Shown: piece after piece, positions 10,547 through 19,683 of the stretch | Layout of the letters: each line of letters begins with the position of its first letter | How positions within the stretch are numbered: the stretch's first letter is position 1 | From: a virus | Virus record (IMG/VR): IMGVR_UViG_3300044858_003398 | Strand: one strand, 5' to 3' | Length of the DNA: 64,000 nt | Position numbers and translations under genes: made by a program | The notes under the pieces: generated by a model | What the model saw: the letters and a program-made list of their open reading frames with translations, nothing else | What the model was told of the DNA's origin: nothing | The model's database searches: none

Positions 10547-10595
10547 TATACGCATTTAGCTAATTCTGGGGCTGTTTAGTAAGAAATAGCGTATA
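10547..10595. promoter_or_regulatory. divergent pair of SCGTATW late-type motifs
   Basis: GCGTATA on minus (10547-10553) and on plus (10589-10595) at the divergence point. Confidence 0.5.
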
Positions 10596-10643
10596 ATGGG
10601 GGTGGAGTACCCCTTCTTTTCTATTACATCATTGTTATAAGGC

Positions 10644-11069
10644 GTGGCCATGAAACTCTGGTTGTCTGGTGTTGCTGGTGCTGGTAAGTATGCAGAGGTT
10701 GATCCGGAAGATTATGTTCGGCTCAACCGATACAAGTGGTTCTTGAGGAACACATATGCGGTGGCCGTAGTGGACGGCTGTACAGTCCGCATGCACCGAA
10801 TGGTTATGAACGAGGATGATCCTAGGATCGTCATTGACCACGTTAATAGGGATCGGTTAGATAACCGGACATCCAACTTACGTAGGATGTCACCCATCGA
10901 AAACGCAAATAATCGAGTAGATAACGTAAGAGTCGAAGCTTTTGGGGAGACTCTCACTATTGCAGAGTGGGCGAGAGATCCTAGGTGTGGGGTGTCTTAT
11001 GATACGCTGCATAAGCGTATATATCGTGGATATCCAGCCGAAGTAGCGATCTTAGCAAAGGAAGAATAA
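10644..11069 (+). CDS. HNH homing endonuclease
   Basis: MHRMVM...IDHVNRDRLDNRTSNLR; C-terminal GETLTIAEWA DNA-binding module. Confidence 0.85.
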   Translation: MAMKLWLSGVAGAGKYAEVDPEDYVRLNRYKWFLRNTYAVAVVDGCTVRMHRMVMNEDDPRIVIDHVNRDRLDNRTSNLRRMSPIENANNRVDNVRVEAFGETLTIAEWARDPRCGVSYDTLHKRIYRGYPAEVAILAKEE

Positions 11070-11986
11070 TGGCTAGACCAATTGGCAAATTGAGCAACAA
11101 TAACCCGCTGACGGCAGCAGAGACTAGATCTTTAGTTGCTGAATATTCTACTATGACCAATAATGACCTGATGAAGAAATACAATATTTCTAAGACTCAG
11201 TTTAAATCTATAGTAAAACACTATAAGTTAAAGACTAAGTACTTTGGGAAATTTATATCTGGGAAGAAGGATTTAGATTTCTTCAAGGATAAATGTGGTG
11301 TTTACGCGATAGTCAGAACTGACTGCACAAAGGTCTACATAGGATCTAGCACGAACGTACATTCTAGATTCCAGACTCATATATCTCAGCTTGACAGGGG
11401 ATCGCACAAGAATGTAGACCTTCAGAATGACTGGGGCAAGTATGGTTTTTATTTGGCCTATATAGAAGACTGTGATGAGAAAGACTTACTAAGGAGGGAA
11501 AATGAAATCATGTCTGGTCTAGATTCATGGTGTCTGTACAACCGTACAGTAGTCTCTGACAAGGACATTGATTATCCAGAGATCTGGCAAAAGATGCAGC
11601 CTGACTTAGTTATAATGGAATCTGGATGCTGGGAATATGGAAAGCCGGGCATATCATTATGTGGGAAAAAATTTATTCCCCATCGCGTGTCCTACATGTA
11701 TCATTATGGGGACTTCTCCTATATGGTGCAGAGAAAATGCAAGAACTTTAAGTGCTGTAATCCTGACCATTTAGTGAGCGTATCATGTAAGGAAAGTTGC
11801 AAGCTTAACACGAAGAGAATAGCTAATATGAGCTATCGCGGGAGCAAGCTGGATCGATTCAGGGATCAAATATTAGCAATGAAAGATGACGGGAAGACGC
11901 TAAGGGAGATAGCTATGGCCTTGCCGTACGAGGTCCATGTGTCTACGCTATCGAGATTTCTAGGGCGTTGCGTGGGTGGGGTTTAA
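11069..11986 (+). CDS. GIY-YIG endonuclease fused to a His-Me/HNH zinc domain
   Basis: GVYAI...VYIGSS..R; SGCWEY..HRVSY..C.N..CCNPDHL. Confidence 0.75.
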   Translation: MARPIGKLSNNNPLTAAETRSLVAEYSTMTNNDLMKKYNISKTQFKSIVKHYKLKTKYFGKFISGKKDLDFFKDKCGVYAIVRTDCTKVYIGSSTNVHSRFQTHISQLDRGSHKNVDLQNDWGKYGFYLAYIEDCDEKDLLRRENEIMSGLDSWCLYNRTVVSDKDIDYPEIWQKMQPDLVIMESGCWEYGKPGISLCGKKFIPHRVSYMYHYGDFSYMVQRKCKNFKCCNPDHLVSVSCKESCKLNTKRIANMSYRGSKLDRFRDQILAMKDDGKTLREIAMALPYEVHVSTLSRFLGRCVGGV

Positions 11987-12209
11987 TTGGGTTTGGCGGG
12001 ACATTACTTTTGAGCAGGCCCCGGCATCTTAACATACCTGTACAGACCCCTCCCCCTAAGGAGATAAAACCCCACCCCTCCTACGCCATCGACCAATTCC
12101 AGAAAAGTTTTTTTTATTTTGGTCGAATCATTGATGCCAGCATTGACGTATGGCCGATAAGTATGGTATGATCCGCGTGTCAATTCAAAACACTCTAAGG
12201 AAAACAGTC

Positions 12210-12371
12210 ATGGAAATCAACGGATTCACTTTCTCATCCCGCCTCATCGGAACCGCAGCTTGTTACCATATCGCCAAACGAGGCGACGTAGTTTTCACTT
12301 CGAAAGAAATGAGTTATTTGATTCGAAAAGTGAAAAGTTATGCTCCTGCTATTGCAATCAAAACGAAGTAA
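12210..12371 (+). CDS. hypothetical early protein
   Basis: ATG 12210 after AAGGA. Confidence 0.5.
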   Translation: MEINGFTFSSRLIGTAACYHIAKRGDVVFTSKEMSYLIRKVKSYAPAIAIKTK

Positions 12372-12421
12372 CGCTATACTTCACCCGGTTCAAGAGTTAA
12401 CCCCCGATAGGAAAAACGATC

Positions 12422-12604
12422 ATGAGATACGATGACAGGGAAACAGCAATCGAATCAGATGACCGATTGGTTTACGAGATGATGGAAGCCGAAGCTGCTG
12501 AAATGCAGAATTGGATCGCAGACGTGGTCGAGACCGCAACAGCGGTCTACGATCCGACTCCTGAATATCTCGACCAAGATTGGTGTGATAAAGGCAATTA
12601 CTAG
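12422..12604 (+). CDS. hypothetical acidic early protein
   Basis: ORF with AGGA RBS downstream of TTGCAA-17-TATACT. Confidence 0.6.
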   Translation: MRYDDRETAIESDDRLVYEMMEAEAAEMQNWIADVVETATAVYDPTPEYLDQDWCDKGNY

Positions 12605-12668
12605 GCTTGACACAGTTCGGGGAATCTGCTAAAATCCCCCTATCATTCACCCCCTGAGGAGAGTTAAA

Positions 12669-12938
12669 ATGGGCAAATTGTCTGACCTGATGATCGAATT
12701 CTGCGAAATCAAAGAAAAGTCTGGCTTCGACTTCGATGCAACGATGTCTGCGCTTGTACGTGGCGGCAACCCTACTACTGATGAATTCTGTGCATGGCAT
12801 AGTACCAACTACTCCCCCCCTAAGTGGGAGATGCCAATGCACCTAAGGAGTGAGGCCGATAAACAACTAATGGCTATCGCTGAAAAGATGCGGGCAGCTA
12901 ATGCCGCACCCGTAGGGTGGGATAGTGTTGAGGCCTAG
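12669..12938 (+). CDS. hypothetical early protein
   Basis: GAGGAG RBS; TTGACA-17-TAAAAT promoter upstream. Confidence 0.65.
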   Translation: MGKLSDLMIEFCEIKEKSGFDFDATMSALVRGGNPTTDEFCAWHSTNYSPPKWEMPMHLRSEADKQLMAIAEKMRAANAAPVGWDSVEA

Positions 12939-13204
12939 TACAATTTGATCTTTCCCTGTAGGGGGCGAAAGCCCCCACCCTTACTCTCTTTAGGATACAC
13001 CCCATGCAGTACATCAAGATCACCTCCCTCAAGGCTATTCAGCGTGGTATGCTTACTGGCAAGGCACCTCGCTCCACCTACGTGCCAGTGCCACTACCCC
13101 CTAGCTTCCAGCCCATAGCCGCCCACAAGGCAGCTCAGGAGGCTGCCCGTAAGGCTCAGCAGTAGGTCACCCTATAAGGGTGACTATGCAGCCCACCCTA
13201 TGGG

Positions 13205-13255
13205 AGGGTGACGGGGGCCTCCCTCCCCGCTCCACCCGGCAAGGATGGCGGGTGG
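13205..13255 (+). repeat. module-boundary element copy 1 (divergent)
   Basis: AGGGTGA-N17-GCT-CCACCC-GGCAAGGATGGC-GGGTGG. Confidence 0.75.
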
Positions 13256-13295
13256 TAGTTGTTACCATCTTCAGACACTCTTCAGGACCTGCACT

Positions 13296-13613
13296 ATGAT
13301 CGTTACCCCCGGCATGGCTGGCTACGCTACTGGCTTTGGCTTCATTGGGAACCCTTACTTCCATGGTGACGTCCACTGGCGTCTCAAGGACGGGGACACC
13401 GTAATGGAGTGCGAGAGCACCCACCCTCAGGCCATGCCAATCGCAGAGGCCTACGCCGAGCTGCGTCGGCAGTTCGAGGAAGACAACGCCGCGTGGGAGT
13501 GTGAGGCGGCACGCCTAGATGACCTGTATGAATCCGCCCGGTATGAGGCGATGCTGGAGGCCGAGTGGGCACCCATCGAGCGGCTCTATGCCATTCAGGA
13601 TGCTCTCTCGTAG
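13296..13613 (+). CDS. hypothetical protein
   Basis: ATG after AGGA; sole gene between repeat copies 1 and 2. Confidence 0.6.
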   Translation: MIVTPGMAGYATGFGFIGNPYFHGDVHWRLKDGDTVMECESTHPQAMPIAEAYAELRRQFEEDNAAWECEAARLDDLYESARYEAMLEAEWAPIERLYAIQDALS

Positions 13614-13642
13614 GGGGACCTACTCGGTCGCACAAGGAGAGG

Positions 13643-13693
13643 GGCCTGAAAGGGCCCTATCCTCCTGTTTCACCCGGCAGGCGTGGCGGGTGA
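13643..13693 (+). repeat. module-boundary element copy 2
   Basis: GGCCTGA-N17-GTT-TCACCC-GGCAGGCGTGGC-GGGTGA. Confidence 0.9.
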
Positions 13694-13989
13694 CACATCA
13701 CACAACTCTCAGACGGATACCTGATCATGAGAAAATTCCTTGTTTCTTTCGTTTTCTCTAATGGCTTCACCCACGAGATTCAGGTTGATGCGATCACTGC
13801 AATGCTGGCCGTGAGAAACGCCCACGCGAAACTCTCAGAAACGGTAAATCTGTCTGAAGCTGTTGAAATTATTTGTACAGAGAAAGTCTGAAAAATGAAG
13901 ACAATCGACTGGCTTTGTGTGGTGTTCTACTATACAATTGGGCCTGTGGTTGGCCTATGGTGGTTTTTCCTGTTGAGAGAATTAATGTT

Positions 13990-14136
13990 ATGACACAATA
14001 CATCTGGATAGTTGTGGATTATGATTCTTGGGAATACCCAATCTACTATGGGGCTTTCCAGTCTCAGGAAGCGGCAGAAGCCAAAGCCGCAGAAATGCGA
14101 GCCGATGTTGAGAAAGTAGAATTCTTTACTACATAG
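13990..14136 (+). CDS. small protein of the YG(P/A)F family
   Basis: MTQYIWIVV...YYGAFQSQEAAE. Confidence 0.55.
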   Translation: MTQYIWIVVDYDSWEYPIYYGAFQSQEAAEAKAAEMRADVEKVEFFTT

Positions 14137-14343
14137 TCGGACGACCTCCGGCAAAACCGGCCATATAGACGGAAGCCATGTGCGACCGCGTGACCGGCGT
14201 TATCTCTCGGGACTATGGAAGACCGAGACACCCTGCAAAAGAAAATCAGCAGGAGTCGATGCCTTTGGGCTAATTTTACTGAGCTTCCCAGTCTTGAGAC
14301 TCGACATGGGAATAGGTATGCTTAGAGTCCACACTAAGGGGGA

Positions 14344-14394
14344 GGGGTGAAGTGCCCCTCCCTTCCTGTTTCCACCGGCAGGCGTGGCGGTGGA
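14344..14394 (+). repeat. module-boundary element copy 3
   Basis: GGGGTGA-N17-GTT-TCCACC-GGCAGGCGTGGC-GGTGGA. Confidence 0.9.
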
Positions 14395-14410
14395 TAGTTA
14401 AACACAAACA

Positions 14411-14623
14411 ATGGAGCGAAGCATGTTCATTACCCTCACGATCAAGTCTCTGTCACCAACCAAGTCTGAAATCCATGTACGCACGACCAGCGTCACAAGC
14501 GTCAAGGCCGATGGGAATGGCTCGCTTCTCTCAGTAATGGGAATCGGTGATCTTGCCGTTACTGAGAAACCTCTGCATATTCTGAATTGGATTTCTGATA
14601 AAGAAACAATTTCTCGTCGCTAG
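14411..14623 (+). CDS. hypothetical protein
   Basis: ORF directly after repeat copy 3. Confidence 0.5.
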   Translation: MERSMFITLTIKSLSPTKSEIHVRTTSVTSVKADGNGSLLSVMGIGDLAVTEKPLHILNWISDKETISRR

Positions 14624-14883
14624 GGCTTGACGGGAAATGCGGATTTGATACAATGGGGCCTAACGGCCCCTAAACCCCTGAGGAGAAAAGCTCATGCAAC
14701 CATACTGTGTCGAAATCACTTTCGCGTCTGGCTCTACAATCCAACAGGAAGTCAGAGCATTGGGTTTCACCGATGCAATCAACACTATTGTTGACAAAGT
14801 GTCCACATACGTCTTCGAGACAATCATTATGGTCAAAGTCTGGCCACTAGCTTAATTGGACACGAGCGGCCAGTACTAAGGGT

Positions 14884-14934
14884 GGGGCGACAGGCCTCTA
14901 CCTTGCGGTTCTACCCGGCAGGCGTGGCGGGTAG
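14884..14934 (+). repeat. module-boundary element copy 4
   Basis: GGGGCGA-N17-GTT-CTACCC-GGCAGGCGTGGC-GGGTAG. Confidence 0.9.
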
Positions 14935-14956
14935 CAAAACACACAACAGTGCTGAG

Positions 14957-15101
14957 AAGAGGGTTCACAGGGGGATAAGGGTGTTTCCTGATACTGGTGT
15001 ACACAGTGTTGGGCACAAGCCTTATTGTACAGTGGTTGTATACGATAGGCGTATGAGCCACTAGGATTCGCGACAGCGAGTATCCCCCTGCGAGCCCTTT
15101 T
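14957..15101 (+). ncRNA. unnamed structured RNA with a pseudoknot
   Basis: 20-bp closing stem, internal hairpins, loop AGTGGTT complementary to AGCCACT. Confidence 0.55.
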
Positions 15102-15138
15102 AGGCCACAAAAATTCACCCCTTTTAGGATTGTCAATT

Positions 15139-15462
15139 ATGAGAACTTCAATCAAGACCATGGTCAAGACCAAGAGCACTTCAGGCCAGCATCATGCGTC
15201 CCTGACTTTCTGGACACGGGACGAACAGGGCAACCTGCGAGGGATCTGGGTGTCGGGGAGCACATTCTCATCTGGAGACTCGATCCTCGGGATTCGGATG
15301 ACTGGAAATCAGGAAGTTTCCAGCGAAATCTTCAAGAGCCTTGACAATGCTGTCGAGTTCCCTACAATGCACGGGAAGGTCAAGGCCCGGATCTGCAAGA
15401 ACCGGATTTTCGTGAAAATCCCTGACGGGGTTGTGATGGATCACGAGCATCTGCCAGTATAA
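15139..15462 (+). CDS. hypothetical protein
   Basis: ATG after AGGA. Confidence 0.6.
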   Translation: MRTSIKTMVKTKSTSGQHHASLTFWTRDEQGNLRGIWVSGSTFSSGDSILGIRMTGNQEVSSEIFKSLDNAVEFPTMHGKVKARICKNRIFVKIPDGVVMDHEHLPV

Positions 15463-15558
15463 TCCCGCTCGGGATGACGAAAAACGACTTTTCCAAAAAC
15501 ATTGGCTTTATTAACCACCCGGTCGGGCCTTGTCCCGATCGGGATTCCGGAGGAATCC

Positions 15559-15762
15559 ATGAGACGTTTTGAGATTATGGCAACAACGGAACGAGACGGG
15601 GAACAGGTTTTCCTCCCAGCGTTTTACATCGACGCGGAGAATGCTTTAGAGGCTCGTAGGCTTGCGAGGAACGTAGTGGGGGGTAGAGAGACCGCCCTAG
15701 CTGTAATCGCCGAGGGTGCCCTAGAGGGTAGTGTGGCAAGCAACAGGACGTGGGGCCGGTAA
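15559..15762 (+). CDS. hypothetical protein
   Basis: GGAGG RBS. Confidence 0.6.
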   Translation: MRRFEIMATTERDGEQVFLPAFYIDAENALEARRLARNVVGGRETALAVIAEGALEGSVASNRTWGR

Positions 15763-15778
15763 AAGAGGAATAGGGGGT

Positions 15779-15829
15779 GGGGTGACAGGCCCCTTTCTTT
15801 CCGTTCTACCCGGCAGGCGTGGCGGGTAG
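15779..15829 (+). repeat. module-boundary element copy 5
   Basis: GGGGTGA-N17-GTT-CTACCC-GGCAGGCGTGGC-GGGTAG. Confidence 0.9.
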
Positions 15830-15854
15830 CAAACAATACAACAAAGGGATAGAC

Positions 15855-16133
15855 ATGACGGCCACAGTATACAAAAAAGATGCAGAAGTAGCGAAAGTAG
15901 AACGAGACAGCCTTTGGGGTATGATTCATGCCCTTAAGGGTCTTATCCCTGATGAGCTATACACACAGCTTCAGACATCGATGTCAGATGTCGATCAAGC
16001 GTGCGTCCCAAAAGTTCCGATCTGGCGAGGATATACCCAGATTGGAGTCGGCCTCAGTAAATCACAAAAGGCTATTGCCTGTGACCAGATGAGTGCCATC
16101 ATCAAACAAATCAAAGCTTTAAAAGCATGGTAG
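15855..16133 (+). CDS. hypothetical protein
   Basis: AAGGGA RBS after the repeat. Confidence 0.6.
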   Translation: MTATVYKKDAEVAKVERDSLWGMIHALKGLIPDELYTQLQTSMSDVDQACVPKVPIWRGYTQIGVGLSKSQKAIACDQMSAIIKQIKALKAW

Positions 16134-16259
16134 GATTGACAGGTTAAAGTCTCTCTGATATAATCCCTCATAAGGAGAATGATGATGTCGTGGAAATATG
16201 TTCGATTTCGCGAATAATAAAAACGTGAGAATCGAGCAGTAAAAGAGAAGTTGAAACAC

Positions 16260-16310
16260 GGGCCGAAAGGCCCCTTTCTTTCCGTTCTACCCGGCAGGCG
16301 TGGCGGGTAG
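16260..16310 (+). repeat. module-boundary element copy 6
   Basis: GGGCCGA-N17-GTT-CTACCC-GGCAGGCGTGGC-GGGTAG. Confidence 0.9.
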
Positions 16311-16338
16311 CAAACAATACGACATACGGAGAAACGAA

Positions 16339-16572
16339 GTGATCAACACTATTGAATGCTGGGCTGAGATCTGCATGCAAGACATTGCTGAAAACTGTGA
16401 ATTCTGTAAGGTTGTTTGTATCAACCCCTCGACAAACCGGAAGGAATCACATATAATGGTTCCAAGTGAGAAGGTTATCGAGGGAATCAAGAATGGTGGT
16501 CTCAAGGTGAACAACGGAGAACGGTATATTCTGGTGTCGGTCGATCCCGACAACATTGATAGGCTCTGGTAG
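16339..16572 (+). CDS. hypothetical protein
   Basis: GGAG RBS, GTG start. Confidence 0.55.
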   Translation: MINTIECWAEICMQDIAENCEFCKVVCINPSTNRKESHIMVPSEKVIEGIKNGGLKVNNGERYILVSVDPDNIDRLW

Positions 16573-16576
16573 TCTT

Positions 16577-16651
16577 GAGCAAACTTACCTAGCGGTCCAA
16601 CAGGGCTGACGTGCAGGGTTTGGTTTAGTGGTTCGATTCCACAGTTTGCTC
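16577..16651 (+). ncRNA. degenerate tRNA-like RNA
   Basis: GAGCAAACT/AGTTTGCTC closing stem, GTGG-TTCGATT-CCAC T arm; anticodon arm poorly paired. Confidence 0.4.
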
Positions 16652-16688
16652 CTCTTGCAAGACGGTTTATGATCTTTTGGAAGGTGTG

Positions 16689-16922
16689 ACTTGCACCGTA
16701 AGCAAAAACATCCTTATCCGGTTTATGGCTCCACTTCAGAAGCAAGAGATTTTCCTCAAAAAGTATTGGTAGTCTCGTCAATAGGTTCGCAACTCAACTG
16801 ACGTTAACTTTGAGTGTGCCGTAGAATGGTTTGATTCAGCAGGTTCGTGTCCTCAACGCAGTAGGAAAGAAGAACCGCCAGCGAGGAAACTCTTAAAGTG
16901 TCACGCCCTAACGGTGTAAGCC
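16689..16922 (+). ncRNA. unnamed multibranch structured RNA
   Basis: nested long-range pairings CACCGT/ACGGTG and AAGAG-TTTCCTC/GAGGAAA-CTCTT enclosing several hairpins; no plus-strand ORF. Confidence 0.5.
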
Positions 16923-16999
16923 GATTCCTCCAGAAATTGGAGTGGGCCTAGGGGGAAACCTGTGAACACACTGAACGCCATCATCTTAAGGAGTGTACC

Positions 17000-17323
17000 A
17001 TGATTAGCGAAAAACGAGATACAAGCACGATTTTCAAACTATCGAGCGAAGTATTCACAACGGTGATTGATGTTCCTGTGACTTTTGTAATTGACACAGC
17101 GGACGACTTCCATTGTCGTGTCCATCCGATGGACTGGATGAAATATGTTTCCAGTATATCGGACGACGGGGAATCCGTTTACTCGGAATGCACAATCGAG
17201 GAATTCTGTAAAAAAGAAAAGATCAGCATCTATCGACTTTGCGACGGAATCGCTGATCAGTCTGCATCTCTGGTTTGGGAAATTCTCTGTCGGCCTAGAC
17301 ATGGCGGAATGCTAAACGGTTGA
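17000..17323 (+). CDS. hypothetical protein
   Basis: AAGGAG RBS. Confidence 0.65.
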   Translation: MISEKRDTSTIFKLSSEVFTTVIDVPVTFVIDTADDFHCRVHPMDWMKYVSSISDDGESVYSECTIEEFCKKEKISIYRLCDGIADQSASLVWEILCRPRHGGMLNG

Positions 17324-17342
17324 AACACGGGGGTGGGGACTG

Positions 17343-17393
17343 GGGCCGAAAGGCCCCTTTCTTTCCGTTCTCACCGGCAGGCGTGGCGGTGAG
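17343..17393 (+). repeat. module-boundary element copy 7
   Basis: GGGCCGA-N17-GTT-CTCACC-GGCAGGCGTGGC-GGTGAG. Confidence 0.9.
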
Positions 17394-17577
17394 CACTTAA
17401 GCGACACATTCAAGCACACGAGGGACTATGAACTCACTATCTCAAGAACAGTTGATGATTGTTATTCGTGCTCTGTCTCTGTACATGATTGATCAGGTAC
17501 AGAATGGTGATTTGGATAATTCAGAGAAAACGGCCAAATTGATTCACGAAGCGGCCCACAACATTAAGGGGTAAGAT

Positions 17578-17844
17578 ATGAACGTTCGTCAAGCTGTTGC
17601 GAAAATCCGAGAACAAGAAAGCAAAACGGGAGTCAAAGAGGTTTTGCTGATTGATTCGGGTTTTGTCGGCAGGGCTGAAAAGGCCTATCGTAGAAACCTG
17701 CAAGATCCCGGAGATTGTGCAGTAGATGAATTCCTACTTCTGGGACTTTCGATCGCTGAAGCCGACATTGGACAGGGAACTGGTTGGATTCCCGAAGTCC
17801 AGAAAATCGGCGTCAGATATGCCGAAATCCTAGAGAAAGCCTAG
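17578..17844 (+). CDS. hypothetical protein
   Basis: AAGGGG RBS. Confidence 0.6.
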   Translation: MNVRQAVAKIREQESKTGVKEVLLIDSGFVGRAEKAYRRNLQDPGDCAVDEFLLLGLSIAEADIGQGTGWIPEVQKIGVRYAEILEKA

Positions 17845-17998
17845 GCAGAAAGAAGTTCTGCCATGGAAGCAACAATTAAAGAACTCTGGCAAGAATACAC
17901 CCGGAAGTACCTTGCTAAATTCGGAGAGTTCCCTAGAATACGCATCACAAGTCGTGACGCTTTAATCCTTGCAATTCTTGAATTGGAAAACCCCTACG

Positions 17999-18361
17999 AT
18001 GAGCCAGACTATGACTTTGATTGAGCAGATTGATTCCCTGAAGACTCCGGCCCGAGACCTATTGAAAGGTCTCTATGATGCTTGGAGCGAAGCTATTGAG
18101 ATTCCCAATTCTCTGCTGCCGCCTAGGCTGCATGGTCGCACTGGCCGAACGGCCAAAGACCTCCTTCACCCGAAGAAAACCGCCGCCGAGATCAAAAAGC
18201 AGGAAGCTGAAGACCGCGAGATTGAAAAGGAACTCCGGCTTGAAGCCTATTGTGCGGACACTGACGCACAACGAGAGATCCGCTTCCACGAGGACGAGGA
18301 ACGCCTCTACCGTAATCAATTGGCTTTCGCCAATCTAATCGGGATCGAATTTGATGAATAG
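17999..18361 (+). CDS. hypothetical protein
   Basis: ORF track, internal ATG. Confidence 0.6.
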   Translation: MSQTMTLIEQIDSLKTPARDLLKGLYDAWSEAIEIPNSLLPPRLHGRTGRTAKDLLHPKKTAAEIKKQEAEDREIEKELRLEAYCADTDAQREIRFHEDEERLYRNQLAFANLIGIEFDE

Positions 18362-18446
18362 CATAATGGTCTGGATAGTTGTTGTTATCATCTGTATGAT
18401 TTCAACATGCTTAGTGTTAGACAATGACAATTTCTAGGAAATGAGA

Positions 18447-18497
18447 GGGGTGACGAGCCCCTCCTTTGCTGTTTCACCCGGCAGGCGTGGCGGGTGA
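18447..18497 (+). repeat. module-boundary element copy 8
   Basis: GGGGTGA-N17-GTT-TCACCC-GGCAGGCGTGGC-GGGTGA. Confidence 0.9.
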
Positions 18498-18542
18498 CAC
18501 TTAGTGTTACTCTGGTGCTCCTCGGAAAGTTCTGTTTTGTGC

Positions 18543-18570
18543 TTGACAACGGAACGTTGTCTGGTACAAT
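18543..18570 (+). promoter_or_regulatory. sigma70-type early promoter
   Basis: TTGACA-16-TACAAT with inverted repeat GACAACG/CGTTGTC. Confidence 0.75.
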
Positions 18571-18624
18571 GTACCTGTCTGGTGGCAATTCGCCGCCTAA
18601 AACCCCTGTTTCTGGAGAATTGGT

Positions 18625-19500
18625 ATGACTACTTTGATTTCTGCTGCTGACGTTGTTCGCTCTACTTTCAACTTTACTGTTGACAAACTGCGTCTGGAAG
18701 GTCCGGACGGGTTTAAGACGCCCTATTACGGGCTTTTCAAGTCCGACGACAATTCCTGCCTGAATGCGGTGACGGCGAAGTATTCGCCGCACACCACTGA
18801 CGATGTTGTCGTTCTGGTTGAGGCCGCTCAGGCTGCTTTCGATGATGGTGTCAACGTCCAGTGCCATTGGCGAAACGGCCACTACGTGGTTATCGAGCCT
18901 ACTCGCGAGCACCGCAAAGCGGTTTACGGGACTGCCGACAACATCTTCCCACGCATGATCGTCTCGGCGGGGTATGATGATCGTCCGTTCCGTGCGTCTC
19001 TCGGTATGTTCCGAGATGCCTGCTTGAATCTTGCTCGCCTGAAGCAAGTGTCTGGAACCAGCGTTTCAATTCGTCACACTCAGTCGCTCCGGCCTCGCCT
19101 GAATGAACTGATCGACGTGTTCTCTGGCCTGAAAGAGGGCTGGAAGTCGGTGACTGAGACCGTCGCAGAAATGGAAGCGAGACAAGTCTCGCTTGTGAGT
19201 TTCCTCGATGCCGTCTACCCGCTCGCGTCTGATGCGACTCCGCGATCAGTCACGATTCACAAGAATCGTACCGAAGCGATTGTAAAGCGTGTAATGTCCG
19301 AATGCTATCGGACTGGCCGAACTTTCGGCGGGGACTTCATGGTCTCTCGGTTTATAGCGTACAACAGCGTTCAGGGGTATGTTCAGCACGTCCAGCGTGC
19401 GGGTAAGGGTGGCGATCGAATGTCCCGTATGGATCAGACCCTGATGGCCCTTGAGGACCCCGCAGTCGACCGTGCTGAGGCACTGGCGATTGCCGCCTAG
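18625..19500 (+). CDS. DUF932/DUF945-like phage/plasmid protein
   Basis: 291 aa; LGMFRDACLNLA...SIRHT pattern of this family. Confidence 0.6.
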   Translation: MTTLISAADVVRSTFNFTVDKLRLEGPDGFKTPYYGLFKSDDNSCLNAVTAKYSPHTTDDVVVLVEAAQAAFDDGVNVQCHWRNGHYVVIEPTREHRKAVYGTADNIFPRMIVSAGYDDRPFRASLGMFRDACLNLARLKQVSGTSVSIRHTQSLRPRLNELIDVFSGLKEGWKSVTETVAEMEARQVSLVSFLDAVYPLASDATPRSVTIHKNRTEAIVKRVMSECYRTGRTFGGDFMVSRFIAYNSVQGYVQHVQRAGKGGDRMSRMDQTLMALEDPAVDRAEALAIAA

Positions 19501-19530
19501 GGGGTAGGGTGGTGAGAGACCCGAGGGAGG

Positions 19531-19581
19531 GGGCTGAGAGGCCCCTTCCTTCCTGTTCCCACCGGCAGGCGTGGCGGTGGG
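19531..19581 (+). repeat. module-boundary element copy 9
   Basis: GGGCTGA-N17-GTT-CCCACC-GGCAGGCGTGGC-GGTGGG. Confidence 0.9.
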
Positions 19582-19617
19582 CAATCAAGCCAAATACCTG
19601 AGCCAAAAGAATCTCAC

Positions 19618-19645
19618 TTGACAAGCACAATTGTTGTGCTACAAT
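19618..19645 (+). promoter_or_regulatory. sigma70-type early promoter, palindromic spacer
   Basis: TTGACA-16-TACAAT, AGCACAA/TTGTGCT. Confidence 0.8.
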
Positions 19646-19683
19646 GCGTGTGTCAGTTAAAAACCCCTAGTTGAGAGACAGTC

